A DNA stretch of 64,000 nucleotides from a virus (lineage: Duplodnaviria; Caudoviricetes): IMG/VR virus record IMGVR_UViG_3300020045_003166, positions 13-64,012 of that record; one strand, given 5' to 3'. Below are positions 63,892-64,000 of the stretch, piece by piece. How positions within the stretch are numbered: the first letter of the stretch is position 1; each line of letters opens with the position of its first letter. The notes beneath the pieces were generated by a model. It did no database searches. It was not told where the DNA came from and saw only the letters and a list, made by a program, of their open reading frames with translations. A program made the position numbers and the translations under genes.

Positions 63892-64000
63892 GCTTAGGGA
63901 TAGAGCATACCATTAATTATAGCGTAAAAATAAATTGCCATGGGGGCAAAATAATTGTTGCCTTTTTCGATTCAGTGAACTATAATAGGTTCAGTTGCAC
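63892..64000. repeat. Direct terminal repeat, copy 2 (identical to 1-109)
   Basis: gcttagggatagagc...ttcagttgcac repeated exactly. Confidence 0.95.

Noticed and set aside
63892-64000. 109-bp terminal repeat as a biological DTR
   Set aside because: It is equally explained by circular-assembly overlap or window wrap-around and cannot be distinguished without reads
1-64000. Stop-codon reassignment
   Set aside because: Core genes are intact under the standard code and several end in TAG (e.g. 5978, 7908, 9394, 15506)
1-64000. tRNA genes, integrase or att sites
   Set aside because: None were recognised by eye; a tRNAscan run would be needed to exclude them fully

Overview
The window looks like one complete circular genome of a tailed dsDNA phage, about 63,891 bp (bases 1-109 recur exactly at 63892-64000). 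No integrase or repressor is recognisable. The + strand arm (138-21392) holds early genes, a thymidine-hypermodification cluster and replication/recombination genes. The cluster encodes a PLP enzyme, dCTP deaminase, amino-acid:DNA transferase-like protein, P-loop kinase, 5-hmdU DNA kinase-helical-domain-like protein, dUMP hydroxymethylase-like thymidylate synthase homolog and an HD hydrolase. The replication genes are a B-type DNA polymerase, AAA ATPase, two SSB-like proteins, a PD-(D/E)XK nuclease, RuvC and a DHH phosphoesterase. The - strand arm (21393-63772) holds podovirus-like virion genes, a block of accessory fibre/esterase genes, a lysis cassette with an embedded spanin, portal, GIY-YIG endonuclease, terminase, primase and SF2 helicase. 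The most interesting signals are: (1) the T-hypermodification cluster with no recognisable radical-SAM, flavin or acetyltransferase tailoring genes; (2) a roughly 300-nt, extensively base-paired intergenic RNA candidate with mutually exclusive helices (16075-16398); (3) a shared aromatic-x-x-G-G peptide motif in four late proteins; (4) a hydrophobic leader on the major capsid protein; (5) an ADP-ribosyltransferase-like module inside a PcfJ-like protein; (6) G5-box repeats forming a likely origin and overlapping early promoters. All family assignments come from motifs recognised by eye; no database search was run.
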